Source: Pavona decussata (Eukaryota). From it: DNA of 64,000 bases. The notes under the pieces are model-generated. The model saw only the letters and a list, made by a program, of their open reading frames with translations, was not told the DNA's origin and searched no databases. Numbering within the stretch: position 1 is the stretch's first letter; the number at the start of each line of letters is the position of its first letter. Positions 60,696 to 64,000 of the stretch are shown here, piece after piece. The stretch spans positions 1,054,001 through 1,118,000 of the forward strand of contig CDRNST010000011.1 in the NCBI GenBank assembly GCA_977016875.1, given 5' to 3'. A program made the position numbers and the translations under genes.

Positions 60696-61801
60696 CCCAA
60701 TAACGGCCACGTGTTTTCCACGAATAAAATTACTTCACAAATTAGCATATTGTTAATTATTAACCTAATGTGCATTAAAAATAGACAACTTACTGGGTCA
60801 AAGAAACAGCCCTCCTTTGGTCTAGAATAGCTAGAATTTCTAATTATTGAATAAAATACCCTAGCTGCGAATTAAAGATTACTTAAAACACAAACCTGAA
60901 GGTAAAAATTTCGAAAATTTCGATGAAATTTGATCCTCTCGCCACATGGCAGTAATTTGATTCGCTCTCGAGAAGACGTGTTTGTTTACGCACAATTAGG
61001 CAGTCATCACGTTTCATCAATGAAAATAGAAAGAAAAAAAGGCAATAAAGCTTTTCTAAATTAAAAGTTTATTCAAATAAGTCTTTGTATTGGTCTTAGA
61101 AGAAAACGCGTATAATTTTTGCCGCGAGGCAACCGACTCGCAAGCGATTTGAAGCAATTGCGAGTCAATTTTGAAGGGAATTTATTGACCCGTGCGGAGC
61201 ACGTTTTTCAAAACTTTGGCAAAAACTGTTCGGAATATGAAGAATCGATCAATTAGAATAGTATTTCAGTACAAATTCACAATCGAACCTGTAATTCTTT
61301 GTGAGTTGTATTGCGAGAAACACTCCAACATCACCAAGAAAGTCCATGGCGAAAACAATGATTTCAGATGTCCGCCAGCTTGTCGCCTCGGTAAAACTAC
61401 AAATTTTCCTCGAAGCATACTTTCTCTGCCGTTAATGCTTGGATTTCCGCTGTTGAAACTGTCGAGTATTCCTTAAAAGTTCCTCTTTCGATTTTCCGTT
61501 TCGAAAAGTTGTGTTTTCCTTCCGAAAACGCGAAATTGGCGTCTTGAATATTTAAGCCTGAGGCGCGCGGCCCGCCATGATGGCTGAAATCCGATATTTT
61601 TCGGTCGACAAAAACCTTTTTGTGTCTAGACTCCCCTAAGAGCTAAAAATATGTGCGCAGTCGGTGGATTCTGATTGGTCAGTCTTTTGCAAAGACAATT
61701 AGAACAATAGAGGACAAAATTATCCCTTCTAGGGGAGGTAGAAACCCTTGCGCGAGCCCACGAGGATTCGTGGCCGGTTTTGGCTGGTTGGCTGTAATGG
61801 G
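60696..61801. mobile_element. Putative non-autonomous piggyBac-like element
   Basis: TTAA|CCCAATAACGGCCA ... TGGCTGTAATGGG|TTAA (imperfect TIR). Shares TGATTGG and GGGGAGGTAGA subterminal motifs with the piggyBac end at 21370-21445. Confidence 0.5.
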
Positions 61802-63022
61802 TTAAGGTGCGTTTGGTGCCGTTAGTAGTTGCCAAATGTCACACTTGTTTAGTCGTATCACAGATGATGTTTCACTCCACTCAGATGTCAATGTCATGTC
61901 TAATTCCAAAGAAAAGCCCCTCTTTTCTCTTGCATAGTATTTTCTGACCTTAATTTCTTGTGATAAACCGTAACTGAAATCTTGTTAACGACTAGCATAT
62001 TCCTTCAGCCTAGAAAGTCTCAAAATGTGCTCAATTTCTGCAGCTACCTTTTGGAAAATCAGCTCAGATACAAAATGAAACCCAAATTTGGCCGTTATTC
62101 CAAATTTATTAACAACCCGATACCGTTCATTATATGAGATGAAACCCAAATTTGGCCATTAACCCACTTGACTTAACGTCAAATGTCAAGACCATAACAA
62201 TCATATAGATCATAATGTCAAGATCATAAAGTGAAATATGAATCATGTTGTGAAAATGTGAGACTTGAAAACAACAACGGGATGTTTGTTTGTGTGAATA
62301 GTGGTCGAGTTGATAGATATGATATAGCTGATAAGTATGTTGATTTTTATGGATACCGTTTGGTATATAAGATGAAACCCAAATTGGGCTGTTATCCCAA
62401 ATGACTTAACGGCCGGATTGCGTTTGTATATTAGATGTAACCCAAATTCGGCCACAATCCCAAATGACTTAGCTGTTTGGTGTATAAGATGAAAACCGCA
62501 TTTTTGCCATTGTCCCAAGTGATTTATCTGTGTAGGAGCACAGGGCGCAGAGGAGTAAAATTTGTTGTAAATGAATGGCGAAATTCCCCTGCACAAACCG
62601 AATTTGGTGATTTAAATACAAGAACATGATCTAACAAAGCGTCATGGGATCTTAATACATGTCTGTTGAAATATTAACCCAAAGACACAAGCTGCATGCA
62701 TCAATGACTGTAAGTGCATTACCGTAGCTTACGGTACACTTTTCTCTCTCTCAGCAGTTCGTACCGCCCTTTGGGAGACCATCGTATCCCCACAGTTGGC
62801 CATAGTCGACTTGGGGTTAATCTTTAAACAGACGCAAAAAAGCAATGAATCAGCTTTCACAAAATAGCCTCCTCCCCTAAATCCACCGAGTGCATGCGTT
62901 TGTTTTGGTTTCATGTGTGTGGTTCCAAGAGGATTCACAGCAAGTTCTACCTCTACTTATTTCAAACCACGTCCTTTGATTGGCGGAAATATTTGACGGA
63001 TTTCCTGTGATAATATTTCATA

Positions 63023-64000
63023 CCCCATTTTCCAGTGTATAAGTCGACCTCTTAAGTCTTGAAAATCAGTCAAAAAAATCGACCTCGACTTATACACTAG
63101 CCAAAACTCAATGGTCGCTCAGCAAGTGAATAAAAAAAGTAACAATGTAACAAGTACATTGTTGTTTTACTCATAAGAGTAAACACAATGCACCAATCAA
63201 CAGGCTGATAAACAAAAGGATGCATCACCTAGTAATCATTGAGTAAAGGGTCTTAAATGCAATTAAGTTTATCATTTCATGGCTATCATTAAGTCAAACA
63301 CGAACTTGTTCCATCTGTTAAGAAAAAAAGAGGCCACCCAAACAAATGAAGTATAGTGCGAAGTTTAAACTACAAGCAGTCAAGTTTGCTGAAGATTCCA
63401 ACAACTGTGCTGTGAGACAAGAGTTCTGTGTAAACGAGAAACTTGTGTGTGACTGGAGAAAACAAGTTGAGAAGTTGAAATGTATGCCAAAGAACAAGTG
63501 TGCAAACCGAGGAAAAGAGTGTCGGTGGCCTGAGCTAGAGGACAGCCTCAGAACGTGGATTAAAGCCTAGCGAGGAAGTGGCTACATTGTGAGTAGAAAT
63601 TTAATCAGGCGAAAGCAATGGCAAGTGAGAGGAATTTAACAAACTTTAAGCGACAAATCATCATGGAAAGAGCTATTGGGATAGATGGTTTCTTGCTCAT
63701 TTAAGAAGTGCAGTATTTGGAACCCAATAGATGGAACCGAAGATGACATCTTGTGGGATAATGAGGAAGATGAACTGGTTGCAGCTGAAGGCAGTGAAGA
63801 TGGAGAAATGGAGGACGAGTGTGGCATTTACGATGACTAACAGAGGAACAGTGGCACAACTTGTTTGGAGAGAGTGACCAGGAAGAACAATTTGAGGGCT
63901 TTTAGACATTGAATATTGAAATTCCATTTCATAAGTTTTAAATTTACTTCAGTTTGCTGGTAAATAGTTGAGCAGTGGAAGAAGACTTAGCCGTATTTGA
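63023..64000 (+). mobile_element. pogo (POGK-like) deletion derivative, right end outside the window
   Basis: TA|CCCCATTTTCCAGTGTATAAGTCGACC terminus; Brinker-type HTH YSAKFKLQAVKFAE...VNEKLVCDWRKQ; CENP-B HTH WPELED.L..WI; joined to C-terminal SFKKCSI.N.IDGTEDDILW. Confidence 0.8.

Larger units (their letters stand above)
59196..62520. repeat. Dispersed ~63-bp repeat units (GATGAAACCCAAATT(T/G)GGC...CCCAAATGACTTAA)
   Basis: Copies at ~59216, 59662, 62075, 62138, 62371, 62434 and 62488, split by later insertions. Confidence 0.8.

Noticed and set aside
59196-62520. CRISPR-like array (63-bp period)
   Set aside because: The intervening sequences are homologous to each other and the repeats are degenerate, so this is a tandem or dispersed repeat.

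Overview
AT-rich eukaryotic DNA with GT-AG introns and microsatellites. The repeat families look like those of a marine invertebrate, probably a scleractinian coral or other cnidarian (inference; no database search was possible). No intact conserved host gene is recognisable: the window is a dense, nested transposon graveyard. Elements with clear boundaries: a young Mag-like Gypsy LTR retrotransposon (53173-57842; 151-bp LTRs, CGTGG TSD, tRNA-Ser PBS); a full-length L1/Tx1-type LINE (46104-53025; 14-bp TSD, polyA) with an intron-containing pogo derivative inside it; an RT-less Ngaro-type tyrosine-recombinase retroelement with split direct repeats (32106-34674); an internally deleted piggyBac; an intron-rich Kolobok-like element; and a Sola1-like element nested in a hairpin-ended element near a CACTA end. 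Degraded remnants include CR1/L2, BEL/Pao, hAT, MULE, Crypton and Tc1. Highlights the ORF track does not show: (i) two MITE copies flanking 1.4 kb of Tc1 cargo that appear to have inserted as one composite unit into a hAT ORF; (ii) a reading frame matching the C-terminal half of prokaryote-type beta-class N4/N6 DNA methyltransferases; (iii) a 7-exon Ulp1/SUMO-protease-like gene, a second Ulp1 remnant and a kinase remnant; (iv) duplicated zinc-ribbon fragments resembling VLTF3 of Maverick/large DNA viruses. All family assignments come from motif recognition by eye.
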